This document shows, one piece after another, positions 1-13,544 of a stretch of DNA of 64,000 nt (its first letter is position 1; each line of letters opens with the position of its first letter). The notes under the pieces are model-generated. The model saw nothing but the letters and a program-made list of their open reading frames with translations, ran no database searches and was not told where the DNA came from. Both the position numbers and the translations under genes were made by a program. Where the stretch lies: the NCBI GenBank assembly GCA_002633005.1, contig NMRA01000255.1:166062-230061 (forward strand), written 5' to 3'. Source of the DNA: Phoronis australis (taxonomy: Eukaryota > Animalia > Phoronida).

Positions 1-860
1 CAACCCTCAAAAGTTTGGAGGAAAATTTAAAACTTCCTTTCAAAGTCTGCTAAACGGGCATACGTGACCTACGCTTTTAGTGAATTACACTGCAGCTGTG
101 GGAAAAATCAGCCACCTGGGACGATAATGTCCAATCTGTTAGATAAGGAGTATGAGTTTTTACTCGATCCCTGCCTTTTACTTGGAAGGTTGACGGCAGA
201 ACGAGGATTGGTTGAAATCGTGAAAACATGGGGTTTAGTATCCTTTTAAGTAAATCTCATCTCGTTGTGAGGTAAGCAAGTTGTGTCGTTAACACATTGA
301 TGTTGTAAAGGTGCTACTGAGTCAGTGCAATAAAAAGTTTGTGTCTACTCAGTTTATGATTATTGTGACTGAAAAACGATCAGGAGTATGACACATGGAT
401 TGCTCAACATAATCCGTTGTGTAAACATTGATATGTAATGCATAGTCAAATCCTTTGGTTCTGTCGGTGTTTGGCTAGCAATGTTGAATTCTTAATCGAA
501 GCGCTTTGGGGTTTAAAACTTTCCCACGTTTATTCCACCTTGCAAGAGTCTCGTACAATGTAGACATGTGCCATTTCCTTGTGTCTCTTGGTTTTAATGT
601 TCTTATTGGTAACTGATGCAAAATTCTATCACACTTCGGAATAATTACGATACCGACGTATGAGTGACTTAATATTATTTTTGGCAGTAAGCAATGAGAA
701 ATTTTAGTTTTTAAGGCACAGAACAGGGCTACGTCTTTAGTACCTAACAGAAAACTTGTACTGGGATCAGAAGGCCATCCCAACAACCTGTTTTATCGTC
801 ATTTTTGTAGTACACTAATATGAAAGAAGCTGTTGATTGCCAGACACAGACTAAGGTGAA

Positions 861-1222
861 GACAATCCTCAGGGGGTACCAATGGTAACCATAGAATCAT
901 ACGCACGAGCATCGCATCTTGCGCACAACCCACCTATTAATCACGCATGCGAACCCAGAAATCATGCATACGAAGAAAAATCCTGCACACGAACGACAAA
1001 AATCCCAGTACAAACGAACACAAAATTATACGAGCATCGAATGAAACGCACGAACACTATCCATTGGTGGTTCGAGCGCACAATTCGGATGGTCGTGCAT
1101 GTGGTTCGTGCGTATTTTTCTTTGTATGTGTGATTCTTGGGCTCATATGCATGACTGATATTTGTGCATAAGATGCGATGCTCGTGCGTATTATTTCATG
1201 TTACCCCTGATCCTGGATTGTC
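861..1222. mobile_element. Foldback/MITE-like long imperfect palindrome
   Basis: The ends GACAATCC and GGATTGTC are reverse complements. The arm AATCATACGCACGAGCATCGCATCTTGCGCACAA (~895-928) pairs with TTGTGCATAAGATGCGATGCTCGTGCGTATTATT (~1162-1195), and further pairing continues inward. Confidence 0.75.
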
Positions 1223-2534
1223 ACGAATGTTGCCACACATACAACTGATCAAAGTTGTCGTTTATCTCTTGCAGGGGATCTTGTTCTTGGCGAGTCATCG
1301 CATTCGTCTCAGGAGTTCTGTCAATCATGTAGGAGGCTTTTCAAATCCTTATTTAAAGCAATAACCCATGTCTGATATTTTCAGCAATTTGGGTGCAAGA
1401 CGTTTTGTGTTTTTTGCCATACACACCGTGAACTAGTCGTAATGGAAACTACAATTAACATAAATTTGAATTTGTGCCTTTTATACGACACCAACCTCAC
1501 CCTGAAACTAAATCACAATGAGCAGTTTCCTACAGCACAAATACACCGTTTTTAGGGTACCTTCTAAACTTGCACTTAGTGGTAAACCAAAACAGATTTT
1601 TCAATACGGGCAAAACACAATGGTGCTTGCGAGACGAGAAACGAACAGAGAGAGAGAATTTAACACATGGATTTTATTTTTTTTTGCCCTCATTGAGCTG
1701 AACGCTACACTCCCTCAAGTCAGTGGAATAGCTTTAAAACACAACCATTGTATTCAAACATCATTCTGCTGTCAGAAAATGACCAACTTCAGAGTAATTT
1801 AACCCCTGGACAGTATTGTATTAGGTGAGCAATCTGTGTACAATTTTTGCTCTCCAACCAACCCCTGCTCTGCCCTAGTTAAACACAGAGCAACTCAATT
1901 GTGGACACACCTGAACTATTTACTCAAAACCTCTTGTAATATGTAGTGACTACTCATCAACAATGTAAGAGTGCAAATTGGCCCAGAACACCTTAGACTG
2001 AATACACACCAGTGGCAGTCTGAACAAAACTTTGTAGTGAAATTGTGACAGCTGCTGGAACAAATTCTTCAGTTCTGAACTACGGTAAATACTGCAACAC
2101 AACTAAATCACTGTTACCAAATTTATTGACAAAAACAATTTTTCAGAGAATTTAACATTGTTTTAAGCATGTTTTTTGGTTCTGTTCAACTGTCGCCAAA
2201 CATTTGGTAAATTTTTGAGTAATTGCAGTGATGTGTGAAGTCACATAATGAAAATTATGTAACTATGAACAACGCAAGGACTGGTTGGAACATTAAAAAT
2301 ACTTACAAACGTTGTGTAATTTATGTCAATGATACAGGAGTGGCAGGTTTTGAAATGTTACTAAAACAATTGTTTTTGAAAGAGTGTCAAATAAGATCAT
2401 GTATATTTTGCCACAATGTCTGTTTCAAGCATGCAGCACTGAGTGGCAATATACTGGATGGTGTGTTATCCTTTGAACAGTAGAAAAGTAAGTGACATGA
2501 AAATCTTAATACAATCACTAATGCAAACTGAATG

Positions 2535-5500
2535 TTATTCCTTCTTGTTCTTTGTGTCTTCTCTGTAGTGTAGAAATACTAGACTGAAGATCACTACACC
2601 GAACATCATAGAGAATGCACTTGCATAGTAGGGGTACGCTGACAGTATGAACCTCTCATACTGGGTGTGGCGCAGTGGGTGCACAGACACCTGTAAAAAC
2701 AAACAAAGAATCCTTTAGTCATAAACTATATAATGCAAAAACCCATAGTAAACATGAAATAGTTTCACTATTGGTTTTCATGCGCTGGACTCTGTCCCAG
2801 ACACTTGCCATCAATGTAGGTTCTCCTCTGTGTAAGTCTGTAGCCCCCTTGTCATCTAGACAGAATCTTGTTTGTAAGTAATTTTGTCCAGATGTCAGAT
2901 GTTTCTATCATGACTACCATGATTGACCCTTCAAAACTCTAACCAAATATGCACAGCTGTGACATAAAGTATGCCAAGGAAAGTGCAAATGGACATCAAA
3001 GAAGCATTTTTAGATACAGGAATACTGTGAAAATCACGTAGCACATCAAAATCAATAGAGCATCAGTGCAGCAAGGCAGTGTGTTTACTGGAAACTACAC
3101 ACTCAAGAACCCACAAGGGCATTATTACAAAATCATGGCAGAGGAAACAAGAGAGGATTTTTTATCGAAGCGGGTCACACATGGAACGCAGTGCACTCGA
3201 CCACAAATAACGTATGTCACCAACACCTAAGTTGTATGCACCAAAAATAATTAGACAAGACCAGGAATTTCCCCAACACGATTCAGCGCAGGTGGAATTC
3301 CCCAATCCTGACAGCTGACTGCAAGCAGAACTCACCATTAGAGTAGCCAGAATAACAAACGACAATGGTACTTTGCCAGTCATGGTGGGGAACCTGAATT
3401 TGTCCGATTGTTTTTGGCGTGTACCTTATTTGGGCTGCATGACCAGAGGCACTATACTTTCCAAATACAGTCGAACCTCATTACAGTGCAACCTGTTCGG
3501 AACACTAACAGCAATATCACGTAAACTGTAATACTTGCTTTGCCTAATGCAAGTCTACCCCGTTTACAACAAACCATACAATAGACAGATGTCAAAGGAG
3601 AAAGGACCCTTGATGAAGATTTTAATGAAATTTGACTCGAGTGTAGAAATGCTCTATCTAGATGTTTTATACAAATAAATTTACTAAAAGATGGACAATC
3701 CTGACCGGATGTTAAAATGGCTTACTCACCTGAGTGGTACTGAACAAATGAGTGTAGCCAATTCTGTTGTAGTCGACACGGAACTGATACACTCCATAGA
3801 CATCAGGTAACTTGAAGTTCACGTAGAATTTACCACCTGCAAAGAAAATACCAGCTTCATGATTGATGTTGACTTTGGTGAAATCAGGCAAGATCATGAC
3901 ATATCTAGTTATGCCACGTAAGTAAAAGTAGGCAAAGTTATTAGCAAGCACTAGCAAAATGGCTTCTGTTGAAAGTGGCAAAAAAAGACTGCAGTAACAC
4001 AATTTCCATTCAATAGACCATGATTTCTAAGGGCTGTTCCAGCAAAATCTGTATGGGAGGGGGGGAAGGCACTTTTATTTTGTACCCACCGCCCATATTT
4101 TTAATTTATTTCTCCAACCCATGACCCATAATTTTTTTATTATTTTTAATAGGTTAAAATATAAAATCCAACACTTGCAAACAAATTGCCTCCAGGAGGA
4201 CCTGTTAAGAACTTAGATGATTGACAGACAAGAACTAGTTGTCTTGTCCAATATTGTCAAAAACTAAAGTAGCTGTGGGCAATACTTTTGGCAGCCACCA
4301 GGTGTCTCTGTTCACCATGTGTCTATAATTTCAATGAACATTTTTTAATTTATAAGGATCTATGAATCTCAAACTGTCTCCACGAACTCTTTTATATTTC
4401 TATGTCAAGTGAATATTGGAACTTGTTTATCTTACTCCTCATACTTTTTATTTAAAAATCATCAATTTTCTTATATGTGTTAACACCAGTTTAGTGTTGT
4501 ATAACTTTTCAATTCAATAGGACTGCAGACAAACAGTTGGCTTAAATCAAGTTGCCCATGACTTCATTAATGGCTTAGTGAACATATTGCACTCTGTTCA
4601 CTGGCAATATGGGCTTTTTTGTATTGGGATAAGTTAGGATATATGCCAAATGCATTTTTTTGAGTTTTGACCGCTGAAGTAACCAACCTGTCAACATTAA
4701 CAGGTCAAAAAATACCACCCATTTTTAATGCATCACTTCTTACAGGAACAACCACCCATAATTTGAGTTTTTTTCTGAAGACCACCACCCATGAATTTTT
4801 ATTTCTACTGCCGTCCCCCCNCACGGATTTTACTGGAACAGCCCTAAATGAGAACGTCACAATGACTAGCATTATCAAATGGACCTCGAGAGTTACTTTT
4901 AACCTTCAACTTGGAGGGCAATCACTGTGAAACTTTGATACAATTCCCAGTTAAAACAAGCTTACCATTTCTTTTCAGAGTAGTACGCACGAATGGGTCA
5001 ATGCGAACAAATTCTAGCTGAACATCAGTGCCAGTGAAAGGTACCCACTTTCCATTCTCCAAAATGTCGATACCAATGGAGTAATACTATAAAGAACAAA
5101 AATATCAAATATCACCATGGATATTATTTGCAATTTAAAGCAAATGGAGATTTTAGTAAAGCCAATGTAAACGTAACACGAAAGGATACAAAAATGTGTT
5201 GTTAATGGACAAATCATAGATATTGTGCCAGAAGAAATTCTTCAAATCCATGCTGTTGGTCATTGTAGAATAAACACTGCTAGCAGTATCCACAGTCACA
5301 AGATTTTCATGTACTTCCATCAGCATGGACCTACCACGTCGTCCAGGACAGTGTAGGCTTGTGGGGTCTCCTTGGTGGCCTGGAGATGGTGCTGTACCTT
5401 GCCCACTCGCAACACGCCCTTCTCTTTGAACACCCATTGGGCCAGGTTACGGGCCAGTTCTTGGTTACCAGACAGAGGAAGTCTGAAAGATTGATGGACA

Positions 5501-8500
5501 TGATAGTGTGACGCAGCACAGTAGTACAGAGATATGTTCACATGAAAAATAAAGACTGTTTTTTTAAAGTAACTGGTGAACAAAATTTATTCTTGGCAAA
5601 GATGTTGAAGCAAAAATTTCCAGGCAAGTTCGTAAATTTTCCACCAACTTTTCAACGATTCATTGTTTACTCTGTGCACGTTTTCCTCCTGGATTTTTAG
5701 CATAATTTCAATGCAGTCAGACAAATTCTGGCGAAACTTGCCAACATCTTTCTGCAAATTCCTGCACATATGCTAAAACCATAGACAACCCAAAACAACA
5801 ACCGTGTCCAATTGTGTTGTGAACAGAGTAATTGTGACTTTGTTTAATTTGTAGCAATACAGAATGTACTTGTGACACATACACAGTATTGGCCGTGAGG
5901 AAATTGATTCCAATTTTTTTTTTCGGATAACCACTTACTGATACACTGAGGTATTGCATTGGTCTTATGAAACGCAGAGCTTGGAATGACCCATGACAAA
6001 AAAGCAGAAATTTTTACGGCCCTAAATATGTGCACACCCAGCCTTAATGTCGATGTGGACCTTTTGTCGACAAAAATCGTACCACCTCCAGAAGCGTGCT
6101 TCTGCGGATTTTAGCTCGTCCATCCACTCCCACCTCCACACATTTTTGGTTGCAGAGTCGTAGTATTTGTCACCGCGATTTACAATCACACGAGACGCCA
6201 TTGAAGAAATCCACCACGCTTTCCCAGGTGCCCTGGCAATGTTGACAATTTACGTTCCCCGAAACATAAAGAGCAACTTCCGCTTTTCGAGGTGAAAGTT
6301 GTCGGCAATGCCACGGTAAGAAAGAAATTTGCCGCAGAAACTTTACATCAAATCCCCTTTTTACGCGGAAATATAATAAAATACGCTGACAGAACATTTA
6401 AAAAAGCAGAAATCCATGTTTCCGCGGAAACTTCCAAGCCCTGTAAGTGATGCATCCCTTCCTATTCATTTTTTAAAGGGAACCTGATGAAGTATGTGCT
6501 AACACTGTTTCATTGCCTAAGCTATCAATCCACACGCACAATCTTGAACATTGAATACAGTATGTATCGAGCTTGTTTAGAGGCTGTCTAGTAAAATCTA
6601 CATTTTCCACAAGCAGACCTTATTCCAAGTCGTATCTTGACACGGCCCTTAAAACCACCTTATCATGCTTACTTGTTACCACCGAGAGCTCTCTGAACAG
6701 ATGAGGTAAAGAACTCATCGCTGAAGAAGTCTAGAGAGCCAGAGAAGATGACACGAGCGTTGTTCCTGGCCTGCAGACCAGCAATCAGAAGAGTGTTTTT
6801 GCCAACAGCATGAGGATACTGGAAAGAAGCAGAATATGATGATAAGAAGACCAATCAGTTTACAGCTGTAGAGCTGGAGCCTGTACAAACTGGCCTCAGT
6901 CACAGGCCTTGACTGTTGTAATGGTAAAAGTAGCATTGTTCAACAAGCCACAGACATCTACATGGGTATCCAATATTTATTGGCACGTCTCTGGCTAAAT
7001 CACCCTTCTTCAATGCTAAACGGAGATTGGCAGAGGCTGTACTTGATTGACTTTGTAAGTTCCACTAGGTCAACTGGCATCTGATTGGTTCTTATGACAA
7101 TCAATCTTAACCGCTTGATGTGGCAAAGACAATCAAGTGCAGCCAATGCAGAGCTGTAAAGAACATGGTTGACTGGCCGAACACAACAGACTGATCAACT
7201 GTACAAATCTCTCTACCATTCTACTACTTACATCACTGATTGGTTTGTCCAGGTTGTAGGAGTAGCCAGAGGAAGAGCCATGCAATATGTTCAGCACAAG
7301 TGGGTTGTCCGAGTCGGCCACCATACTGCAAAACCAGTCACAAATACTGCATAGTACTACTTTGATGATAACCAACAAGACTATAACTTAAGGTGGTATA
7401 GCCTGGCACGGTATATCGTGCTACCACTGTATGGTTAACGGTACACCAATTATACATACTCGTGGTTCACAGGCTGGATTTTCAGTTCTCAATTTTCAAA
7501 ATTCTATTGTTTAAAAGAAGTATTTTTCCATTTTCAACAACCATTGTCTACCTATCTGTCCAAAAATATCGCCGGGTTTCAAGCTGTGCAGGGTTAGTTT
7601 TGCTACATGACCTCCGTGAACTAAACATCTACACACATGTGACTCAGCCAATGACACCACTTAGAAACTACTTTTAATAAATTTATTAGTTATTATTTCA
7701 ACTCTGACTTACACATGTTGCGTCACATAATTTACATACGGTGAACTCTATAGGGGCTCAAGACGGGAATCTCGAAATCTCATAAAATAAATGCAATTAA
7801 CAGATGTCTTAATAGCAATAAGATGATGTCTAAATATAAGCGATGTGCAGAAACGAATACATACATCTGATAAAAACAGTACTATAGTGAAATAAGAATA
7901 AAGTCATTTCTTGAACTTCTGCCAAGTGCATTACTCAGTTTGCCTGTCTGTCCACCATTTAGTCTAGTTTCAGCATTCTAAGGTGTACCGTGATATGTAT
8001 CGTATCGTATGAGCATCGTGATGCATATCGTATCGTGGGGTAGACGTATTGTTGCATACCTAGTTACCAATCTTTATAACTGGCATGTTGCAAGCGGAGG
8101 CAAAATCACACTGTCCAAAAGACAGACAGTCCTGGCAGCTTGTGGCATTTTTGGTCGTGTACGGAGGGGTACCAGATCCCCGAGTCCTCCTGAATCCACC
8201 TCTGCTTACATTGACGCTACTTTTTATATAATGCCGAGAACTTTTGATATCAAGTCTTTGATTTCGTGTTCTTATTTATGAATATGGATATCTAAAATAA
8301 GGTTGAGCACTCAAGCTCATCAAAGGGAAATCACATTTACATAGCCAACAAGTGCTCATGCAAATGAATATCAGGAAACCAGCATCACAATTTTCAGATC
8401 ATGAATGATGAAAGTTTTCCATTTTGATAATGTTAGGCTATTTACCCAACTCCTCTAAACAAAACGGAGGGCAACTTCTTGGATCCGACAATCATTGGAG

Positions 8501-11500
8501 CCTGAATGAGATCCTCGTGGTCGGCAACAATCAGTGTGTGCTGCAAATATCAAAAGAAATGTGAGACCAGGTGTATGACACAAGCAAATACTTAACACAG
8601 AGAGTACAGAAAACTTACGGCCAATTATTAAGAAGTCTCTTTACACAAATGCCATACATTTATGACCTTGCGCCAAATGTAAATAAGTTCTGCCAAAGCT
8701 TAAAACAGAGTCACGTTTAAACAACTTAAAGGAACATGCAACCCAAAAAAACAACCTATTTTGTTTCAATTTAGATGGAGTAGTTCTGCTCGATAACAGC
8801 ACGTTCGATTGCGTTACCTGACACCTGACGGCAGACGGAGGTGTTGAAATTATCCAATGACGTCATTGGTTTCACACGCAGTCTGTTCAGCAGTTCACAA
8901 CACGGGTTACTGGTGTCAGCTTATCGCTTGAATTCATGGTTTAACACCAAAAAATCATCAAACTTCGATGTAAAACCCTTAAAAAATACACCGAGTTCTT
9001 ATAAAAACGTGTTGTTTTATTTCACTTTTACGGTTTTATTAGTATTTGGACACACCGTAGCCTACAAAGTTCGGCAGGCCAATTTACCAAGGTCCATAGC
9101 AGGAGTTTGGGGTCTGTTCAGAGAAAATCCAAAGTATTCTTCTGTGAAGTACAAACAGGAAAACATAGATCTGTTGTTTAGACTTGTGATTTTTTGAGTT
9201 CTAAACACACAAAACGCTTGATATCCCGGCCAGTGGCTCAGAACCCGATCAGGCCCGTCGCGGCCGGACTGAAGACATCACGAACATAAACCAGCCAAAG
9301 TTGGAAACTAAACTTCCAGTCAAGAAAATACTATACTATTGAGCTAAAGAATGTGCACGTGATTATGTTGGTGAATTAGTCACGAAACTGTAATTCCACT
9401 TACTCGTCGGGGGCCGCCAATTCAGGTTGGCCTCTTTGGCCACAGAACCGTCAGGGCAGAAGTTGGACATTGACAATCATTATTTGAATAACGTACATGT
9501 AAATAAAGATTCCCTTAACACCTGGCCGTGGAATAGAAAATCGAGTTGTTTCACAACAGTCTCTGTCACCAAACACTGAATTAGCATGCGCTCACACGGC
9601 CTTGGTGTCCGGTCAATTAGTTTTATTGCATCTGAAGCCGGTAACGCAGCAGTTTATTCATTGCTGTATTCTCAAAACATTTGCACTCACGAATACTTGA
9701 AAGGCATTACAAATTGTATCTAATGAGACAGACTTTGTTTCAGTTTTATATAAGCATTGGTTAGGGCGGGAATATTTCATTTTGAGAACGCAGAGCGTCA
9801 ACAGAATCCCGCCTTCTAGACGAGAGTTCATCCGACGAAGACTTCGCAGGTGGATCGTTAAGTTTCACAGGCCATCAGTTCGAACAGGAATACAGAGATC
9901 AAGAAATACTAGAGAGGCGCCCTGAACATGCACAGACAACAGAACGACGACTGTTGGCCACAGACACGGAGATGTTTTACGGCCTCATACTTGCTATTAA
10001 CAGCGTACTTTTCATTCTTCAATACCGCAAGCTTCTTTCTAAGCATTTTGGACTATCGAGGAAGTCAAAAAAAAAACGATGTACCCACTTTCCTCATGGC
10101 TGCATAGTTTGGACAAGCGGGAACGATGCACGGCAACATAGCAGCATTCACTCTGCAAATGAAACACTGACGTCGCTGCATTGTTTCTCACCTTCCTCAC
10201 AGGTTAATGCGACACTTCTCGGCAAGGTAAGGTCGCCCGTATGCAAGACGATGTGGATATAGACCGATGAAGACGGTAAAAAGGACTAATTAAATCGGGT
10301 GGCATGCTCCTTCAATGCCTATTTAAGGACTATAACAGCATCAATAAGCTAGTTACCACTAAATGAAAATTAGACTATGTACGCTAGAAACTGCTACGTC
10401 TTTTGCAAATCATCATTAGGCGTTAAAATCAAAATCTTGGTAAATTTTCAAAGTTGACAGAATGAAAGTCGACTACTTGATTGTTATTCTGCAACAAACC
10501 ATACCTTGCCTGCATCAGATACATCATAGTTCAAATGATCGATGACTGCTGTGTCTTCTTCGTCAAAGTCTACACCGCACTCACCAGCCAGTTCCCTTAG
10601 TGGTTCACCTGCAAAGTATGCAATGTTAAGCTGTTTCTGTCCACATTCAATATCATAGCCTAAACAGTTCCATTTAACAACTACAAAGACTACAATCTAT
10701 GTATACCAGCTGATATTCACAGAATTCCACCAACATATGTTGGCCTAAACCGGTCTACTCATTAATATCATATCAGTGATAACACATTTCCATACATCAT
10801 GTGTTAACAGCATCACACTGACCACAAGAGCAACGCAGAGCGTTGAAATGCGTCCACGAATGCACCGCAAACGGGGTGCTTCTAGGGTTGTTAACTTTCT
10901 ATCATAAAAATGGCCACTAGATGGCGCAAAAATGTCCAGTCCATCCTAAAATGGGAGCATGCCATTGCTTCTTTAATAGAAAGCTATTTGCCAAAATTCC
11001 AAAAAAAATCTGTCAAGGAACTTCATAGAAACACAGGAAAACGGAAAAAATGAAATTGCCACTAGGGGGCAAGGCATTTGTTGGATCCGCTTGAAAGTCG
11101 TCGTCGTCGTCTGCTGTTAGCTTCATATAAATACTCTTACTAAATTTAATAGAGATTGTGCAGAGGGAGAGATACAGTAATGGGTGCAAAACAAAACAAA
11201 ACTACCACTATGAGGGGCCACAGTAGTCGAAGTCGTTATCGTCAACCGTCCATATAAATATGTGGGGGCATAAAAATCAAATGTATAAACAAGTTTAGTC
11301 ATGAAGACGCAAGGTCAACTAGCAAACTTGTGCGAATAATGTTCATGCTATCACTTCTATTGACATCTTCAGTGCAATAAAAGTTTTAATTTTATTTTAA
11401 CAAGCTCTGAATCCCCATCACTGACCACTCTTGTTTCACAATGCAATATTTAAACCTTACCAATGTGAGAGTTAGCAGCCAGCAGGACGTTGCCTCCACC

Positions 11501-13544
11501 ATCAATGAAATTCACAATGGCTGCAGGATTAATGTTGCCGCCGAATTCTGGAAAAAATTACACGACCAATTCTGACAAAGTACATAACTGTGACCATGCA
11601 CTTAACAACACAAGATAACAGAAATGTGAAAAATTCACAGATGTCATCACAAACAACCGACACAATGAAACTAAAGTGAGTACATCAACAATAATAAAGT
11701 CTCGACAAATACACATTCACACAGAAGCCAATTAAGTCAACAACAAAGACACATGTTGAAGCCTAGATCTAACTTATTCTGCTAACTTAGAATTAATTAG
11801 GTAATTTATGCTAACCTAGCAAAACATTGCTTCTTCAGTAGTTAACACAACACAGGATTAGGTATAAATCGGGTGCTTTTAAGTTCTCATGACCAACTGC
11901 TTCAGGAAAACTTCAGGGGATAAAATGAATTTTTCGAGGATTTAGAAACTAAACCCTAGACTGCTTATCTGTAAGGTTGCAAAAATTACCTTCCACAGAT
12001 GGTGCGAAGATAATAAGATGCTCGTACAGAAACTCCCCGTACTTGGACAGCGCCAGTGATGAATCATCAGCAAGCTTGAAAGTCAGCTCGAAGTTCATTT
12101 CTGAAAAATTACCCAAGCACTCGGTGTTAGAGATGTACTTTATGGCAGCAGTACAATGACATAACTGGACAACAGGGTATTTACATAATGAACCATGCAT
12201 CAATTGGTGACTTAGAACGAGAGGGGGGGGGACTTATCCGATGGTGTACCTCTCAGGGTAAGGACTAATTGTGTGGTTGCTGGATATTAAATTAGTTTTG
12301 GGTGAAGCCACTACATCCTTGTTTATAACCAAATAAAATCAATTGAGAAGTTAAGTTTTTGTCTATTGAGTTATATAACAAGTCTTCCAATGGGGACAGC
12401 CTGGCACAGCCAGGGTCAACTCCTGCCAAACTTTTCTTGTGGGTCAGCAATAAATGTACAACTGTTTTTTGGAACAATGTGAAACTGTCATGATCTCCAA
12501 ACAGGTGTTGCAAAAATTATCAAATAGCTCATGCGCGTAATACGAGCACAGTTTTCAAGTTGACGAAGCACACTGTTTTCAAGTCAACGACCAATTTTTC
12601 TCAGACAGTGGCCATACCATAGACCCTACATGCTCGAAGTTAATGGCAAATTATGCCTCGCACTGGCCTAAACCATCAAATTCGTGTTGAGTACTACGAA
12701 AACTCTAAACCATATGACAACTTTGGAAGTAAACAATGTCTTTAAATCCTTCCAAATGTCTCTTCATTCATCATTAAAAAATGCCACTTTGTCATGGTAC
12801 GAGACTGGCGACCCTGGCAGCCAAGTTTCAAGCACTGTGACTAGTGTTGACTGTAGTGTACCACTTCCAGATTCATAGATGAGTAAATTAGGTGTGCCAT
12901 CGCTACAAAAATCAAGTCCAATTCAAAAGACTCAAAGCCAGGGGGGGCACTAATATTGACAAGGTGTAGGCAGGCAGGAAGGCGGTACTTTCTCAGCAAG
13001 TTTAGCAGGACCGGCCTAGGGTCCAAGCCCCTAAATTTCTAATTCGCGAAAATGTGAGGCAGAAAAATCTATCCCGAAAAGGGATTGGGAATTAGCAGAC
13101 CTGGCACCTGCAATAGGGGGGTTCTCAGCAATTTTTGGTACACGCCTGGCCCCGGCAGGGCCTGGGGCTGGGACACCTTTGCTTGTCAATATGAGTGACC
13201 CCCGGGACTCGAAGCATCCATCAACCTTCAAGGCGCGTCACCTGCAAATGGTTACAGAACGCTCTTTAACACGCATACATGTTCCAACCAAATGAAAGAC
13301 ACCATAAAAGCACACAGAAACGTGAATTCGCCGCGCCGCCGAAGCCGGGCGACGGTCGCAGGACCGAAATCGAAAAACCAAGCTAGTATTCTGTACCTCT
13401 GAGTATTTTGAAGAACATTGAATGGGTCTCGCGGATCGTCCAGTTGTCCACAAGAACAAGAGTTCGTTTGCTAGCAGACTGGACACTGCAAACAAATACA
13501 AATGCAAGAAACAGGCCGGTGAAAACGCTCCTGGAGTTCGCCAT
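2535..13544 (-). CDS. DDOST: Dolichyl-diphosphooligosaccharide-protein glycosyltransferase 48 kDa subunit (OST48/Wbp1), 11 exons, 438 aa
   Basis: Exons (minus strand): 13397-13544, 11990-12100, 11461-11547, 10505-10608, 8446-8540, 7232-7325, 6673-6818, 5335-5482, 4966-5086, 3730-3836, 2535-2690. All introns are GT-AG, phases are consistent and the total is 1317 nt. The translation has a signal peptide ([23 protein letters not shown]), then [150 protein letters not shown], a TM helix and a dilysine-type tail KNKKE*. These are hallmark OST48 motifs. Confidence 0.97.
4031..4844. mobile_element. PIF/Harbinger-like non-autonomous element (MITE) in DDOST intron 9
   Basis: TIRs GGGCTGTTCCAGCAAAATCTGT ... 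ACGGATTTTACTGGAACAGCCC, flanked by a 3-bp TAA TSD (4028-4030 and 4845-4847). Confidence 0.8.
5975..6443 (-). mobile_element. hAT-like internally deleted element with a transposase N-terminal remnant
   Basis: TIR-like ends CAGAGCTTGGAA ... TTCCAAGCCCTG. An internal minus-strand ORF at 6022-6201 ([28 protein letters not shown]...[14 protein letters not shown]) resembles the start of invertebrate hAT-type transposases (from memory). No TSD is recognisable. Confidence 0.5.
8730..10311. mobile_element. Kolobok-like non-autonomous DNA element in DDOST intron 4
   Basis: TIRs AGGAACATGCAACCC ... GGGTGGCATGCTCCT, with flanks TTAA (8726-8729) and TCAA (10312-10315, one mismatch). A TTAA TSD with purine-initial termini fits Kolobok. 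The interior looks more CpG-rich than the host intron. Confidence 0.6.
10880..11280 (+). repeat. Dispersed repeat carrying CTCF-like motifs (inverted relative of ~19600-20350)
   Basis: GCCACTAGGGGGCAAGGCATTTGTTGGATCCGCTTGAAAGTC matches the reverse complement of ~19973-20015 (GCCACTAAGGGGCACAATGGTATTCGGATCTGTTTGAAAATC). Boundaries are approximate. Confidence 0.55.
12648..12850 (+). repeat. Dispersed repeat, copy A (second copy at ~15132-15370)
   Basis: AAATTATGCCTCGCACTGGCCTAAACCATCAAAT...AATGCCACTTTGTC...ACCCTGGCAGCCAAGTTTCAAGCA aligns with AAATTATGCCCCACACTGGCCAAATCATCAAAT...AATGCCATTTTGTC...ACCCTGGTGGCTAAGTTTCAAGCA in the same orientation. Confidence 0.7.
12939..13206. mobile_element. GC-rich MITE with 9-bp TSD (Mutator-like) in DDOST intron 1
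   Basis: Ends CAGGGGGGGCACTAATATTGACAAG ... CTTGTCAATATGAGTGACCCCCGGG, flanked by ACTCAAAGC (12930-12938) and ACTCGAAGC (13207-13215). Confidence 0.7.

Noticed and set aside
475-786. 103-aa ORF as a Penelope GIY-YIG endonuclease remnant or a real gene
   Set aside because: There is no convincing GIY/YIG motif, and related copies elsewhere have frameshifts and stops. A non-coding dispersed repeat explains it better.
3467-3500. TACAGTCGAACCTC, a Tc1/pogo-like TIR start (similarly GGAACACCCTGTA at ~19576-19588)
   Set aside because: Only one end is recognisable in each case, so no element can be delimited.
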